Shown here: piece by piece, positions 26,665-36,164 of the stretch
How the letters are laid out: each line of letters begins with the position of its first letter
How positions within the stretch are numbered: the stretch's first letter is position 1
Origin: Bryobacteraceae bacterium
Lineage (GTDB): Bacteria > Acidobacteriota > Terriglobia > Bryobacterales > Bryobacteraceae
Length of the DNA stretch: 64,000 nt
Reading direction: 5' to 3'
Assembly: GCA_035293845.1 (NCBI GenBank)
Contig: DATGMB010000240.1
Span: 1,476 to 65,475, forward strand
Position numbers and translations under genes: made by a program
Notes under the pieces: model-generated
The model's input: only the letters and a program-made list of their open reading frames with translations
What the model was told of the DNA's origin: nothing
Database searches by the model: none

Positions 26665-28666
26665 ATTGCTGGTTGTAGTTATAAAACTGATATCCCGCGT
26701 TCCAACGGAGTTTCTCCGAGATCCGGATCGATAAGCGCGCCATCGGCGCGTGATAGGTCAGCGGGAACGTCTGCACGGAATCGAGCAGCGATGCGATCGG
26801 GTCCGTAACGCCCGCGGGCGCCGGGGCGGGCCGCCCGTCGCCCGTATCTTTCGTGATCGAATATCCGAGGTACACATCCGCGCGCCGCCGGACGGCGAAG
26901 TGCGCCGCCAGCGTGCCGGAATGGATGTTGCTCAAGTAATACGACACATAGCCCGTTTGTAATTGCGTGCGGAAGCCGGCGCCGGCGAAGAACGCGAGGC
27001 CGCCGGTAGTGTCCAGGTGCAGCTTGAGGTAACTGGCGTCGATCGAAAACCAATCCCGCGGCGTCCAGGAGCCGCCCGCGCTGTACTGCCGCGAATGCGA
27101 ATCGAACGGCGTGAGTGTGGAGGGCGCGTTCAGGTTGTAATCCTGGCGGTATCCCGCGGAAAGCTGCACGCGGCGCGTGCGGTACTCGGCGCGGCCATGG
27201 ATCGAGTGGAAGTTCTTCTCGCTGACCGGCGTGAGCGGGTTATTCGACCGCCCGATGCCCGCGTCGAGGGTCACGCTGAAGGGCTTCCACGGCCGGAAGC
27301 GCACTCCGGCGCGCGCCGAGTTCATATGGTTGCTGACCTGGTAGACATCGTTCTCGGTGGAGTTGGCGAAGGCGGGAATGGTGAGCCCTTCCACGGTGCG
27401 CACGGGCCGGTCGGAGTAATCGTAGCCCGCGAAAAAGCCGAGCTTCGGGGTGAGCCGGTAATCTACGGTGGTCGCGTTGGTGTACATGCGCACGCCGAGA
27501 TAGCGGAAGTAAACCGTCGCGCCGGTGTTGAGCCCGTTGTCTAGTTCGGTGTAACTGGAAGGCCCGTCCGTGCGGTTGCTCAGCACCGATGTCCCGTTGG
27601 TCACGGTCAGCCGTTCGGTGGGAAATAACTGCACGGTGAAGTTGCCGGCGAGGTCGTCGCGATGGGCATTGCCGCCGGCAACGATCTGGCGGGCAGCGGC
27701 CGCGCCGAACTGGCTCGTGCCGAGCGCCAGCTCATCCAGCAGGAAGTCGTTATTGCCGCTGACATAGGTGAGACGCGCGTCCATACCCCAGCGTTTGCGG
27801 CGCGTGAACAGGTTGCCGAGCCAGCCGGGATTGGCGCCGTGGATGGGCGCGGCGCGGTTGAAGTGATTGAGCACGGTCTGGTCGCCCGGCGTGGCGGAGC
27901 CGATGGCGCCGGCGGCGGCCGAGTAGGGCGTGTCGTCCTTGAAAAAATCCCAGCGCCGCGTGACGGTGAAGCGGAATCCGGCAAAATCGAATTCGGCGCC
28001 CAGGCGGTACTCGTTCCAGTGGCGCTTTACATCCAGGAACACCGGGTAGCCGCTCCCGTTGGGATCGAACTCCTGCGCGGTGGAAAGCGCCGGGCCATCC
28101 TCCGTGTTCCGGCCGTAACCGAGGTGGAAGCGGATGCGCGACTGAGGGAACAGCGTCAGCTCGTGGTCCTGCATGCGCCGCTCGGTATCCATGCTGTGCA
28201 GCCCCTGGGTTGCGAGCAGCGGGACCGCGCCGGAAATGCCGAGACCGTAATTGCCCGTGGCGGTCAGGGCCGGATTGTAGTAATCGTCCAGGCGCCAGAG
28301 CAGATCGTACCGGTAGAGGCCGTTCTTTTCCGCGTGAAGCATGGCGGACTGGTACGGATCGCCGCCAAGGCCCAGAGTGTTCAGCAGAATCTCGTCGAAC
28401 AGGCGGCCGTGGCCGTCGCGGGAACGGATGGCGAAACTGCTCCCCAGCAGCCGCGCGCCATCATGGTAGTTATCGACGCTGCGGTACATGCCAAGATCGC
28501 CGCCCGGCATCGCCCAGCGGTAGCCGAGTTCCCAGGACTGCGTGATGTTGTAGTCGCTGCTGTTTTCGCCGCGCGGCCCGCCGACCTGCGCCGGGGTGGG
28601 CGCCACGGGTTCCTGGGCCGCCGCCGCCACTGCCAGTCCCACGAGAATGCAGATACGCGTCGCCAT
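26594..28666 (-). CDS. Outer-membrane beta-barrel protein, MtrB/PioB-like (690 aa)
   Basis: The start at ATG 28666 has a GAGGTG RBS, 5 nt after the decaheme gene stop. The signal peptide is MATRICILVGLAVAAAAQEP. Composition is rich in alternating Tyr/Gly/Asn/Arg strands and the C-terminus is ...SVLWSF. The family assignment rests on size and synteny only. Confidence 0.6.
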   Translation of the reverse strand: MATRICILVGLAVAAAAQEPVAPTPAQVGGPRGENSSDYNITQSWELGYRWAMPGGDLGMYRSVDNYHDGARLLGSSFAIRSRDGHGRLFDEILLNTLGLGGDPYQSAMLHAEKNGLYRYDLLWRLDDYYNPALTATGNYGLGISGAVPLLATQGLHSMDTERRMQDHELTLFPQSRIRFHLGYGRNTEDGPALSTAQEFDPNGSGYPVFLDVKRHWNEYRLGAEFDFAGFRFTVTRRWDFFKDDTPYSAAAGAIGSATPGDQTVLNHFNRAAPIHGANPGWLGNLFTRRKRWGMDARLTYVSGNNDFLLDELALGTSQFGAAAARQIVAGGNAHRDDLAGNFTVQLFPTERLTVTNGTSVLSNRTDGPSSYTELDNGLNTGATVYFRYLGVRMYTNATTVDYRLTPKLGFFAGYDYSDRPVRTVEGLTIPAFANSTENDVYQVSNHMNSARAGVRFRPWKPFSVTLDAGIGRSNNPLTPVSEKNFHSIHGRAEYRTRRVQLSAGYRQDYNLNAPSTLTPFDSHSRQYSAGGSWTPRDWFSIDASYLKLHLDTTGGLAFFAGAGFRTQLQTGYVSYYLSNIHSGTLAAHFAVRRRADVYLGYSITKDTGDGRPAPAPAGVTDPIASLLDSVQTFPLTYHAPMARLSIRISEKLRWNAGYQFYNYNQQFNLLGYYQNFHANTGYTSVLWSF

Positions 28667-28671
28667 GCGGT

Positions 28672-29613
28672 TCACCTCAGGAAATACTGGTCGGCATTGG
28701 ACCCGTGAATGCGCACGTGGCACGCCGTGCACCGCTGGAATCGGGGGTCGAGCAGATTGTGCCGCGCCGATTGAATATCCACGCCCTGGTTGCGCGTGCC
28801 GGAGCCGCCGCCGTTGTGGCATTCCAGGCAGAGCGTGAACACCACCGGCCGCCGCAGCAGGCGGGCATTCATCGAGCCGTGCGGATAATGGCAAGTGTTG
28901 CAGCCCTCCACCGCCACCGAGGGATGCTCGTAAACGAACGGCCCGCGCTTATCCGCATGGCATTTCAGGCACGGCTGCTCATTGCCCAGAGCCTGCTCGA
29001 CCATGCGCGGCCGCTGCCCCATCGCGGAGGTGGGAGCGAAGGCGCCGTGCGGATTGTGGCAGTCCGAGCATTCCATGAAGCCCTCGTCGACGCGGTGTTT
29101 CGAGGGCATGGCGAACTGCGCGCGAATGGTGGCGTGGCAGGTATAGCACAGCTCGTGCTCCGGCTTGGCCAGCAGGTGGCGGGACGCGGAGGAATGGTGG
29201 ATCGAGTGGCAGTTCGTGCAGGCCACACCGTTCAACGTGTGCTCCGAGCGCTGGATGTTGACCTTGCCGAAATCGCGCGCGTGGCATCCCAGGCAGTCCT
29301 CCATCACCTGGGCGGTGGTCATGAGCGAGAACGCGTGCGGAATCGTCGCCTTGCCGCCGCGCGCCTCCACGTGCGCCGCGCCCGGGCCGTGGCAGCCCTC
29401 GCAGCCGCTCCGCGCCGGCGGCGCGTCGCCCGAAACCAGGGTCTTGAAATGCGGATTGCGGTAAAAATTATGCCAGACGTCCGGATGGCAAGTGCGGCAC
29501 GCGTTGCTTCCCACGAAGCCGCCGGGGGCGTGGGTTACGTTCAATTGGGTCTGCGCCGCCGCCACCCCCACCCACACCAAGAACCAAAGGACCAGCCACC
29601 CGGCGCGTGCCAT
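28672..29613 (-). CDS. Periplasmic decaheme c-type cytochrome, DmsE/MtrA/PioA/MtoA family
   Basis: The 313-aa product has a signal peptide and exactly ten CXXCH motifs: CRTCH, CEGCH, CLGCH, CTNCH, CYTCH, CSDCH, CLKCH, CNTCH, CLECH, CTACH. The C-terminus is CTACHVRIHGSN. Confidence 0.85.
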   Translation of the reverse strand: MARAGWLVLWFLVWVGVAAAQTQLNVTHAPGGFVGSNACRTCHPDVWHNFYRNPHFKTLVSGDAPPARSGCEGCHGPGAAHVEARGGKATIPHAFSLMTTAQVMEDCLGCHARDFGKVNIQRSEHTLNGVACTNCHSIHHSSASRHLLAKPEHELCYTCHATIRAQFAMPSKHRVDEGFMECSDCHNPHGAFAPTSAMGQRPRMVEQALGNEQPCLKCHADKRGPFVYEHPSVAVEGCNTCHYPHGSMNARLLRRPVVFTLCLECHNGGGSGTRNQGVDIQSARHNLLDPRFQRCTACHVRIHGSNADQYFLR

Positions 29614-29651
29614 ACTCAGAATGATACTGAAGTGTTTGGGTCTTAGAACAC

Positions 29652-31031
29652 ATGGGAAAAGAATTTACCTTGGCTCCGCACTCTTTTCCGCCGGTTCAAA
29701 CGAAATACCGGCGGGTAGCGACCCCGCTGCCGGTTCCGGAGTCGCTTCCGGCGCTCGAAAAGCTGTATGAGTGCGAGCCGCGCGCCATGCGCGGCCAGCC
29801 GCCGGTGGTGTGGCACCGGGCGGAGGGTTTTCAGGTCTGGGATGCCTGGGGAAACTGCTGGATCGACTGGTCCTCCGGCGTGCTCATCGCCAACGCCGGC
29901 CATGGCCGCCGGGAGATCGCCGATGCGATTGCGGCCCAGGCCCAGGCCCATCTGCTCACCAGCTTCTCTTTCGCCAATGAACCGCGGGCGCGGCTGGCTG
30001 AAAAGCTGGTTTCGATTCTCCCCGAACCGCTCAAGAAGGTGTTTCTCTACAGCGTCGGCTCGGAGGCCGTAGAGTGCGCCTTGAAACTGTGCCGCACCTG
30101 GGGCGTCAAGACGGGCGGGCGCTCCAAGCACGTCATCGTCTCCTATGACAAGGCGTTCCACGGCCGCACGCTCGGGGCGCAGCAGGCCGGCGGCATCCCA
30201 GAGCTGAAGCAGTGGATCGTCAACCTGGACCCCGGCTTTGTGCAGGTCCCCTTTCCGGACGGTTTCCGCACACCGGACACATCCTTCGAGAGTTTCGAGC
30301 GCGCCCTGCGCGAGCGGGGCGTCGAGCCGCAGAACGTGGCGGGCGTGATTCTCGAAACCTATCAGGGCGGGAGCGCGGCTTTTGCGCCCGTGCGCTATAT
30401 GGAGGCGCTGCGGCAGTGGTGCACCGGGCACAAGGCCCTGCTGGTCTGTGACGAGATCCAGGCCGGCTTCGGCCGCACCGGCACGCTATGGGGCTTCGAG
30501 CAATACGGTATCGTGCCGGATATTGCGGTGTTCGGCAAGGGAATCTCCGGCTCGCTGCCGCTTTCCGCCGTGGCCGGCCGTCCCGAGGTGCTGGATCTGT
30601 ATCCGCCGCTCAGCATGACTTCGAGCCATGCCGGCAACCCCGTCTGCTGCGCCGCCGCGCTGGCCTCCATCGATCTGGTCCTGAACGAAAAGCTGGCGGA
30701 GCGCGCCCGCAAGAGCGGCGCCGTCCTGCACCGCGGGCTTAAGGCCATGGCCGCCCGCTTCCCGCAGATCGGCTGTGTCGCGGGCAAGGGACTGGTCGCC
30801 GGCCTGGCCTGCGTCCGGCCCGGCACCACGGAGCCCGATGCCGACCTGGCTTTCGACGTGGTGCAGCGCGCGCTGCACAAGGGCGTGCTCATGTTCGCCC
30901 CCGTCGGGTTCGGCGGCGCGACGATTAAAATCTGCCCTCCGCTGGTGATTCCGGAGGACGCGGTGATCGAGAGCGTCCAGGCCCTGGAGGAAGCCTTCGC
31001 GGAAAGCGTGCGGCAGGCGGCCAGTGCGTGA
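29652..31031 (+). CDS. Class-III (omega-/GABA-type) PLP-dependent aminotransferase
   Basis: Family motifs are SGSEAVECALKL, LVCDEIQAGFGRTGTLWGFE and the PLP Lys in VFGKGISGS. Confidence 0.85.
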   Translation: MGKEFTLAPHSFPPVQTKYRRVATPLPVPESLPALEKLYECEPRAMRGQPPVVWHRAEGFQVWDAWGNCWIDWSSGVLIANAGHGRREIADAIAAQAQAHLLTSFSFANEPRARLAEKLVSILPEPLKKVFLYSVGSEAVECALKLCRTWGVKTGGRSKHVIVSYDKAFHGRTLGAQQAGGIPELKQWIVNLDPGFVQVPFPDGFRTPDTSFESFERALRERGVEPQNVAGVILETYQGGSAAFAPVRYMEALRQWCTGHKALLVCDEIQAGFGRTGTLWGFEQYGIVPDIAVFGKGISGSLPLSAVAGRPEVLDLYPPLSMTSSHAGNPVCCAAALASIDLVLNEKLAERARKSGAVLHRGLKAMAARFPQIGCVAGKGLVAGLACVRPGTTEPDADLAFDVVQRALHKGVLMFAPVGFGGATIKICPPLVIPEDAVIESVQALEEAFAESVRQAASA

Positions 31032-32203
31032 TGGATGTCCTCCTCATCGGCGCGGGGATGATCGCCCACGATCAGATTCTGCCCTCGCTGCTTCATCTCC
31101 AGCGACGGGGGCGGATCGGCGAAATCTCCGTCTGCGCCTCCACGCACGAATCCGTCCGCCGGCTCGCCGAAGCGGAGGCGATCCGCCGCGCATTTCCCGG
31201 CCAGTCCTTTCGCATGCACCCGGCCGCGCCCGCGCCCGCGCCACAGCCGGAACTCTACCGCGCGGTCCTGGCCGGTCTGCCGCCGCGGCAGTTGGCGGTG
31301 ATCGCGCTGCCGGACCAACTGCACTACGAAGCCGTCATGGAGGCGCTTCACCGCGATCAGCATGTCTGCGTGGTCAAGCCGCTGGTGCTGCGCCACGCTG
31401 AGGCCGCCGCTATCCGGGACGAGGCCCGCCGCCGCAATCTCCTCGTCGGCGTGGAATACCACAAGCGCTTCGACGATCGCAGCCTGCTCGCCCGCCGCGC
31501 CTACCGCGAGGGCCGCTTCGGCGAGTTCCGGCTCGGCACGGCCTGCCTGCTCGAAAAGTGGTATTACCGCCACTCCAACTTCCAGAACTGGATGACCGCC
31601 GAGCACTCCGACGCGTTCACTTATATCGGCTGCCATTACGTGGACCTGGTCCACTTCATCACCGGCCTCCTGCCCGCGGCCGTCAGCGTTTACGGCATTC
31701 TGGACCGCTTTCCGAACGGCCGCGAGGGCTATCTTTGGACCGATGCCCGCGTCCTGTGGAGCAACGGCGCCTGCCTGAACGTGCAGAACGCTCTCGGGTT
31801 TCCCGATGCCGCGCCCGGCAGCAACACGCAGGGCCTCACGCTCTATTGCCAGGGAGGCGATGCCGGCGGCTGGCTGGCGCATTCCGATCAATACCGCGGC
31901 TTGCAGCACTGCTATGTCTCGCCCCCGTCTTACACCGAGCCCAGCCCCGACTATTTTCAGTACGTGGACGCCGGCGGCCCCGGCCTCAATCCCGTCGGCT
32001 ACGGCTTCCGCTCGATCGAGGCGATCGTGGAGGCGGCCATTGCGGTCGAAAGTGGCCGCAAAACGCTCGAGGAGATCGATGCGGCGGGCCTCATCGCCAC
32101 GCCCGCCAACAGCAGCTATAACGAGCGGGTGATCGAGGCCGCGCGCGAATCCATCCGGAACGGCGGCCGCGAGGTCCGCTTCGCGGCGGAAGCGCAGGTA
32201 TGA
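31028..32203 (+). CDS. Gfo/Idh/MocA-family NAD(P)-dependent oxidoreductase
   Basis: The Rossmann N-terminus is DVLLIGAGMIAHDQILP. The motif VVKPL is followed by EYHKRFD. The start overlaps the aminotransferase stop (GTGATG). Confidence 0.75.
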   Translation: MMDVLLIGAGMIAHDQILPSLLHLQRRGRIGEISVCASTHESVRRLAEAEAIRRAFPGQSFRMHPAAPAPAPQPELYRAVLAGLPPRQLAVIALPDQLHYEAVMEALHRDQHVCVVKPLVLRHAEAAAIRDEARRRNLLVGVEYHKRFDDRSLLARRAYREGRFGEFRLGTACLLEKWYYRHSNFQNWMTAEHSDAFTYIGCHYVDLVHFITGLLPAAVSVYGILDRFPNGREGYLWTDARVLWSNGACLNVQNALGFPDAAPGSNTQGLTLYCQGGDAGGWLAHSDQYRGLQHCYVSPPSYTEPSPDYFQYVDAGGPGLNPVGYGFRSIEAIVEAAIAVESGRKTLEEIDAAGLIATPANSSYNERVIEAARESIRNGGREVRFAAEAQV

Positions 32204-32312
32204 GCGCGTGCGTATTTCGTCTCCGTACGGCAGCGCGCGCCGCATTCCGCCGGGCGTCGCATTTCCCACAAGCGGGGTTTGACACCGGATCGCGCGCGCA
32301 CGATGATGGCGC

Positions 32313-33101
32313 TTGACGGATGGCAGAGGTTCCGTGCGAGTCTCGATCCTGATCCCGGTTTATAACGAGTTCCCCACGCTGCCGCTGGTGCTGGAGCGCG
32401 TCATCGCCGCGCCGCTCCCGGCCGGATGCGAAAAGGAGATCGTGGTGGTGGACGACGGCTCGACCGACGGCACCACGGACCTGCTCGACCGCCTGAAGAC
32501 CGATGAGCGCTTCGCCATCGTGCACGTCCACCATTCCGTCGTGAACTTTGGAAAGGGCGCCGCCCTTCGCATCGGCATTGCCAAGGCCAGCGGCGATGTC
32601 ATCCTGGTGCAGGATGGCGATCTGGAGTACGATCCTCGCGACTACGTCAAAGTGCTCCAGCCGCTCGTCGAAGGCGCCGCCGACGTGGTCTACGGATCGC
32701 GTTTCCGCGGCGGCGTGCGGGGCATGAAGTGGTCGAACTGGCTGGCCAACCGCATTCTGACGCTGGCCGCGAACGTCCTGTACCGCGCCGCCATCACGGA
32801 CGAGGCCACCGCGTACAAGGCCTTCCGGACCTCCTTGCTACGATCGATCCGTTTGCGCGCGATGCGTTTCGAATTCTGCCCGGAGGTCACCGCCAAAGTG
32901 CGCCGCCTGGGCCACACGATCCACGAAGTGCCGATCTCCTACAGCCCGCGCGGCATCCTGGACGGCAAAAAGATTCGCGCCCGCGACGGCTACGAAGCGC
33001 TCTGGACGCTCATCCGCTACCGCTTCGCCTCCGTCCACTCCTTCTCGGCCGCGCCGGCGCCGCAGAGCACGACGAAAACCGCGCTCAGCGGCGTGCGATA
33101 G
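32313..33101 (+). CDS. Family-2 glycosyltransferase, polyprenol-phosphate sugar synthase-like (DPM1/ArnC/GtrB type)
   Basis: Family motifs are [20 protein letters not shown] and QDGDLEYDP (DxD). The protein is short and soluble. The start may be the downstream GTG at about 32334. Confidence 0.85.
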   Translation: MTDGRGSVRVSILIPVYNEFPTLPLVLERVIAAPLPAGCEKEIVVVDDGSTDGTTDLLDRLKTDERFAIVHVHHSVVNFGKGAALRIGIAKASGDVILVQDGDLEYDPRDYVKVLQPLVEGAADVVYGSRFRGGVRGMKWSNWLANRILTLAANVLYRAAITDEATAYKAFRTSLLRSIRLRAMRFEFCPEVTAKVRRLGHTIHEVPISYSPRGILDGKKIRARDGYEALWTLIRYRFASVHSFSAAPAPQSTTKTALSGVR

Positions 33102-34407
33102 CCGTTCTCGCCCGGCGCGCCTTCCAAAGAAAATCGCCCGCCACGACGGCCACGAACAGGATTTCCAGGTCCACCGTGGTGCGGTACCGCGGCTCGCCCA
33201 TGTCGAACAGGCAGCAGATCGCCGCGGTGTACAGGATCGTGGCCATCCCGGCGGCAAAAATGAACCGCTGCGCCGTGTTCTCCAGCCACTCCGGCACGGG
33301 CAGCGCCCGCCGGCCCAACCACAGTCCGGCCCAGACGACGAACACCGGCCAGAAGACGAATGCGAGCCCCACCTGCGCCGCCATGCTCACCGCGCGCAGG
33401 GCCCGGCCCTGGTTGGTCTGCTTGCTGAGGTCCGGGAACCAGAAGTGCACGAACCCGCGCCCTACCTCCTCGAGGTAAGCCAGCGGGTGTCCCAGGATCA
33501 GGCGCACAAACACGTCCCGCTCGTAGCGGGCCAGTTGCTGGCGCGTCATGCCCTTCATCCGCCCGAGCTCGTCGCGCGTATACAGGCTGGTCCAGTAGAT
33601 ATTGCGGTTGGGGTTGCCGTATGCGGCGTTGCGGGTGGCCACCAGCACATCCCGCAACTGGCGGTCCGGAATGTCTTCATAAAGGGTGACCGTCCGCGTC
33701 CCCAGGTGGAAGCCGACGGTGTAGGTCAGGCCGGGATCGTGGAACCGCACGAAATTGTTGGCCATCACACCGCCGACGATCAGGCAGTACGGCGCCATCA
33801 ACCAGGCGGCCATCCGAACGCCGCGCCCGCCGAAATAGACGGCGAGCAGCGCCATGAGCACAAGCGGCAGCAGTTGATTCTGCGGACGCGTCAGCGTGGC
33901 CAGAGCGAAGGCCGTCCCGCTGAGGGCCAGCCGCCACGGGGCGCGGCGGCCCGGCCATAGCCCGGCGAATCCCGCGGCCACCAGGAATTCGAAAAGCCCT
34001 TCGCTCAGAATGTACGCGTCCTTCTGGACGAAGCCCGGCAGCACGGCGATCGCCGCGAACAGCGCAATGAGTACCCCGTTCACACCCATCGCTGCCAGCA
34101 CCCACGCGAGCAGTCCCACGGCTGCCAGGTGTAGCGCCAGCGAGAGCAGGAAGAAGCCGCGCCCCGTTCCCGCCAGGAGCACGAACAACGGCAGCCCGGG
34201 CGTGCGCGGCTGCTGGATTTCGAAATGGCCGGTAGCGATCGCCCGCGCCGCTTCCAGGTACTCCGGCGTATCGGTGGCGTGGAACGGCGCATCTTTCCAC
34301 ACGGCGGCGTAAAACGCCGTGACCAGAGCGGCAAATAGAATGGCCGCAGGAACCGCCCATCGGGAGCGGGGCTGGCGGATATGGGAAGCGATCGCTGGCG
34401 CCGTCAC
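33085..34407 (-). CDS. Polytopic membrane protein, GT-C-fold (ArnT/PMT-like) glycosyltransferase candidate
   Basis: The GTG 34407 start has a GAGGAG RBS 5 nt upstream. There are about 10 or more hydrophobic segments, and the first loop carries an acidic motif ([14 protein letters not shown]). It converges on the GT2 gene with a 17-nt overlap. The fold assignment is an inference. Confidence 0.5.
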   Translation of the reverse strand: MTAPAIASHIRQPRSRWAVPAAILFAALVTAFYAAVWKDAPFHATDTPEYLEAARAIATGHFEIQQPRTPGLPLFVLLAGTGRGFFLLSLALHLAAVGLLAWVLAAMGVNGVLIALFAAIAVLPGFVQKDAYILSEGLFEFLVAAGFAGLWPGRRAPWRLALSGTAFALATLTRPQNQLLPLVLMALLAVYFGGRGVRMAAWLMAPYCLIVGGVMANNFVRFHDPGLTYTVGFHLGTRTVTLYEDIPDRQLRDVLVATRNAAYGNPNRNIYWTSLYTRDELGRMKGMTRQQLARYERDVFVRLILGHPLAYLEEVGRGFVHFWFPDLSKQTNQGRALRAVSMAAQVGLAFVFWPVFVVWAGLWLGRRALPVPEWLENTAQRFIFAAGMATILYTAAICCLFDMGEPRYRTTVDLEILFVAVVAGDFLWKARRARTAIARR

Positions 34408-34800
34408 TCGTTCTCCTCGATTCGGTGGCGGGCCGCGGGCGAGTAAAAACCGGACGTCCACGCGGACGGCACAGGACTTGAGCGATCCGGCCCGTAATAT
34501 TGCTCCCGCCAGAATATCCCGAATCTCCCGAATGGCAACGTCAGTGAACGGCCAATGTGTTCGCGCGACCACTCGCCTGCCCGGCAAAGCCGGCCGGTGC
34601 GTGCGTGCGCGCACGCCTCAGCCGCCGATTCCGGCTCGGTTCTCACGTGTCGGGCAAAAGTCGGAGAAGGTTACTGTAACCCGCTCGTCCGTTCCGAAGT
34701 TTTGGTAAACCGCTTGCAACCTGTCTAGCCAGTTTGCGGCAGCGAGTGCCTGCCGCAAGTCAAGCGCTGCTTCGACGAGAACAAAGGAGTTGCACAAGGT

Positions 34801-35451
34801 ATGAAAATCGGAACCATGATTCTCGCAGCGGGTATCACGGCCTTGGGGCTCGCTACGCTCCTAACCCCCGGCAAAGCCCAGGGCCCGCTGTACGATCGCG
34901 TGGATGTCCACATCCCCTACAGCGTGACCGTCGGCGACAAGACGCTACCGCCGGGAGATTACGTCATCCAGCAGATGCGCGACCAGGGCGGTGGAAGCCG
35001 CGTACTGTTGATCTACTCGGAAAATGGCACCAGATTCGAAACGTCGGCGATGACGATTCCCGCTCTGGACGTGAATACGCCCGAGCACACCTCGGTCGTG
35101 CTGCATCATTTCGGACCGGACTATTACTTCGACAGGGTCTGGATTCAAGGAAAGGACTACGGCTACGAATTCCCGCTCCCGGCGGCTGTGAAGATGCGTG
35201 AGAAGGAGAGGATGGAGCCCGTCACGCTCGCCGCCACGTACTCCACGGTGACCGAGCAGGCGCCTCCGGCCGCTCCGGAATCGACGCCCGCACCGCCGGC
35301 GCCGACCACCACCGCGCCGCCGCCTCCGGCCCCCGCTCCGGCACCGGCACCGGCTCCCGCAATCCCGAAGACTTCCGCCGGCTGGCTCATGATGCTGCTG
35401 GGCGGCAGTTCGCTTTCCGGCGTCGGCCTCGCGCTGCGCCGCAAACGGTAA
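34801..35451 (+). CDS. Secreted protein with C-terminal sortase-type sorting signal (IPKTSAG + TM + RRKR)
   Basis: The signal peptide is MKIGTMILAAGITALGLATLLTPGKAQG, followed by a ~140-aa domain and a Pro/Ala/Thr linker (…PAPAPAPAPAPA). The C-terminus is IPKTSAG-WLMMLLGGSSLSGVGLAL-RRKR. It lies immediately upstream of the sortase gene. Confidence 0.6.
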   Translation: MKIGTMILAAGITALGLATLLTPGKAQGPLYDRVDVHIPYSVTVGDKTLPPGDYVIQQMRDQGGGSRVLLIYSENGTRFETSAMTIPALDVNTPEHTSVVLHHFGPDYYFDRVWIQGKDYGYEFPLPAAVKMREKERMEPVTLAATYSTVTEQAPPAAPESTPAPPAPTTTAPPPPAPAPAPAPAPAIPKTSAGWLMMLLGGSSLSGVGLALRRKR

Positions 35452-35496
35452 CGCCAATCGAAAACACGAGCGCCCCGAATCCAAAGGACCTGGCCC

Positions 35497-36153
35497 ATGT
35501 CACGCAAGCGGCTCAATACGATCTCCTTCCTGCTGATCGCCGCGGGCGCGTTTTTCCTGCTATGGGGCGCTCGTGAATATATCGGTTCCCTCACCGGCCA
35601 GGTCGAAGCCGAGCACGAATTTGAGCAATCGCTGTCCACAGGCTCTCCACCGCCCGAAGTCTCCGAATCTCCCAACACGGATTCCGAACCTCCCCTGCTC
35701 GAGACGGAGCCCGCGCCAACCCCGGCCCCCGCGCGTCCCAAACCCGGCGAGACCGTCGCCAAGCTGACGATTCCCCGTCTCGATGCCAAGCTGTACGTGG
35801 TGGAAGGCGACCGCATGGCCGATCTCCGCCGCGGCCCCGGCCACCTCATCGGCACGGCCATGCCGGGCGTCAACGGCAACTGCGTCATCGCGGGCCACCG
35901 CGATACCCACTTCCGCGTGCTCAAGGATATCCGCAAGGGCGACGACATCATCATCGAGACGTCCGCCGGCGAATACCTCTATCGCGTCCGCTCCGAGCGT
36001 GTGATCTCGACCGAGGACACCGAAGTCCTCGATCCTACCCCCGATGCCGAGCTCAGCCTGATCACCTGCTATCCGTTCTATTACGTCGGCAACGCCCCGG
36101 AGCGCTTCCTGGTGGAAGCGCAGCTCGTCGGCGCCATCCGTTCGTCGTCGTAA
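35497..36153 (+). CDS. Sortase-family cysteine transpeptidase
   Basis: An N-terminal TM anchor and a Pro-rich linker are followed by the catalytic His (VIAGHRDTHF), the Cys in LSLITCYPF (TLxTC-like) and a conserved Arg (APERFLVEA). Confidence 0.8.
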   Translation: MSRKRLNTISFLLIAAGAFFLLWGAREYIGSLTGQVEAEHEFEQSLSTGSPPPEVSESPNTDSEPPLLETEPAPTPAPARPKPGETVAKLTIPRLDAKLYVVEGDRMADLRRGPGHLIGTAMPGVNGNCVIAGHRDTHFRVLKDIRKGDDIIIETSAGEYLYRVRSERVISTEDTEVLDPTPDAELSLITCYPFYYVGNAPERFLVEAQLVGAIRSSS

Positions 36154-36164
36154 AATAGCGGGTA

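Noticed and set aside
29614-29651. A possible Fur box (AATGATA at 29620-29626, inside tcagaatgatactga) in the 38-bp divergent spacer between the decaheme gene and the aminotransferase gene.
   Set aside because: Only about 10 of 19 positions match the classical GATAATGATAATCATTATC consensus, and the dyad is imperfect. The local Fur-family protein's subtype and motif are also unknown.
35365-35451. The C-terminus of the 216-aa protein as a PEP-CTERM/exosortase signal.
   Set aside because: The Pro-Glu-Pro motif is replaced by PKT(S), and a bona fide sortase gene follows immediately. I keep the sortase interpretation but flag PEP-CTERM as the alternative to test.
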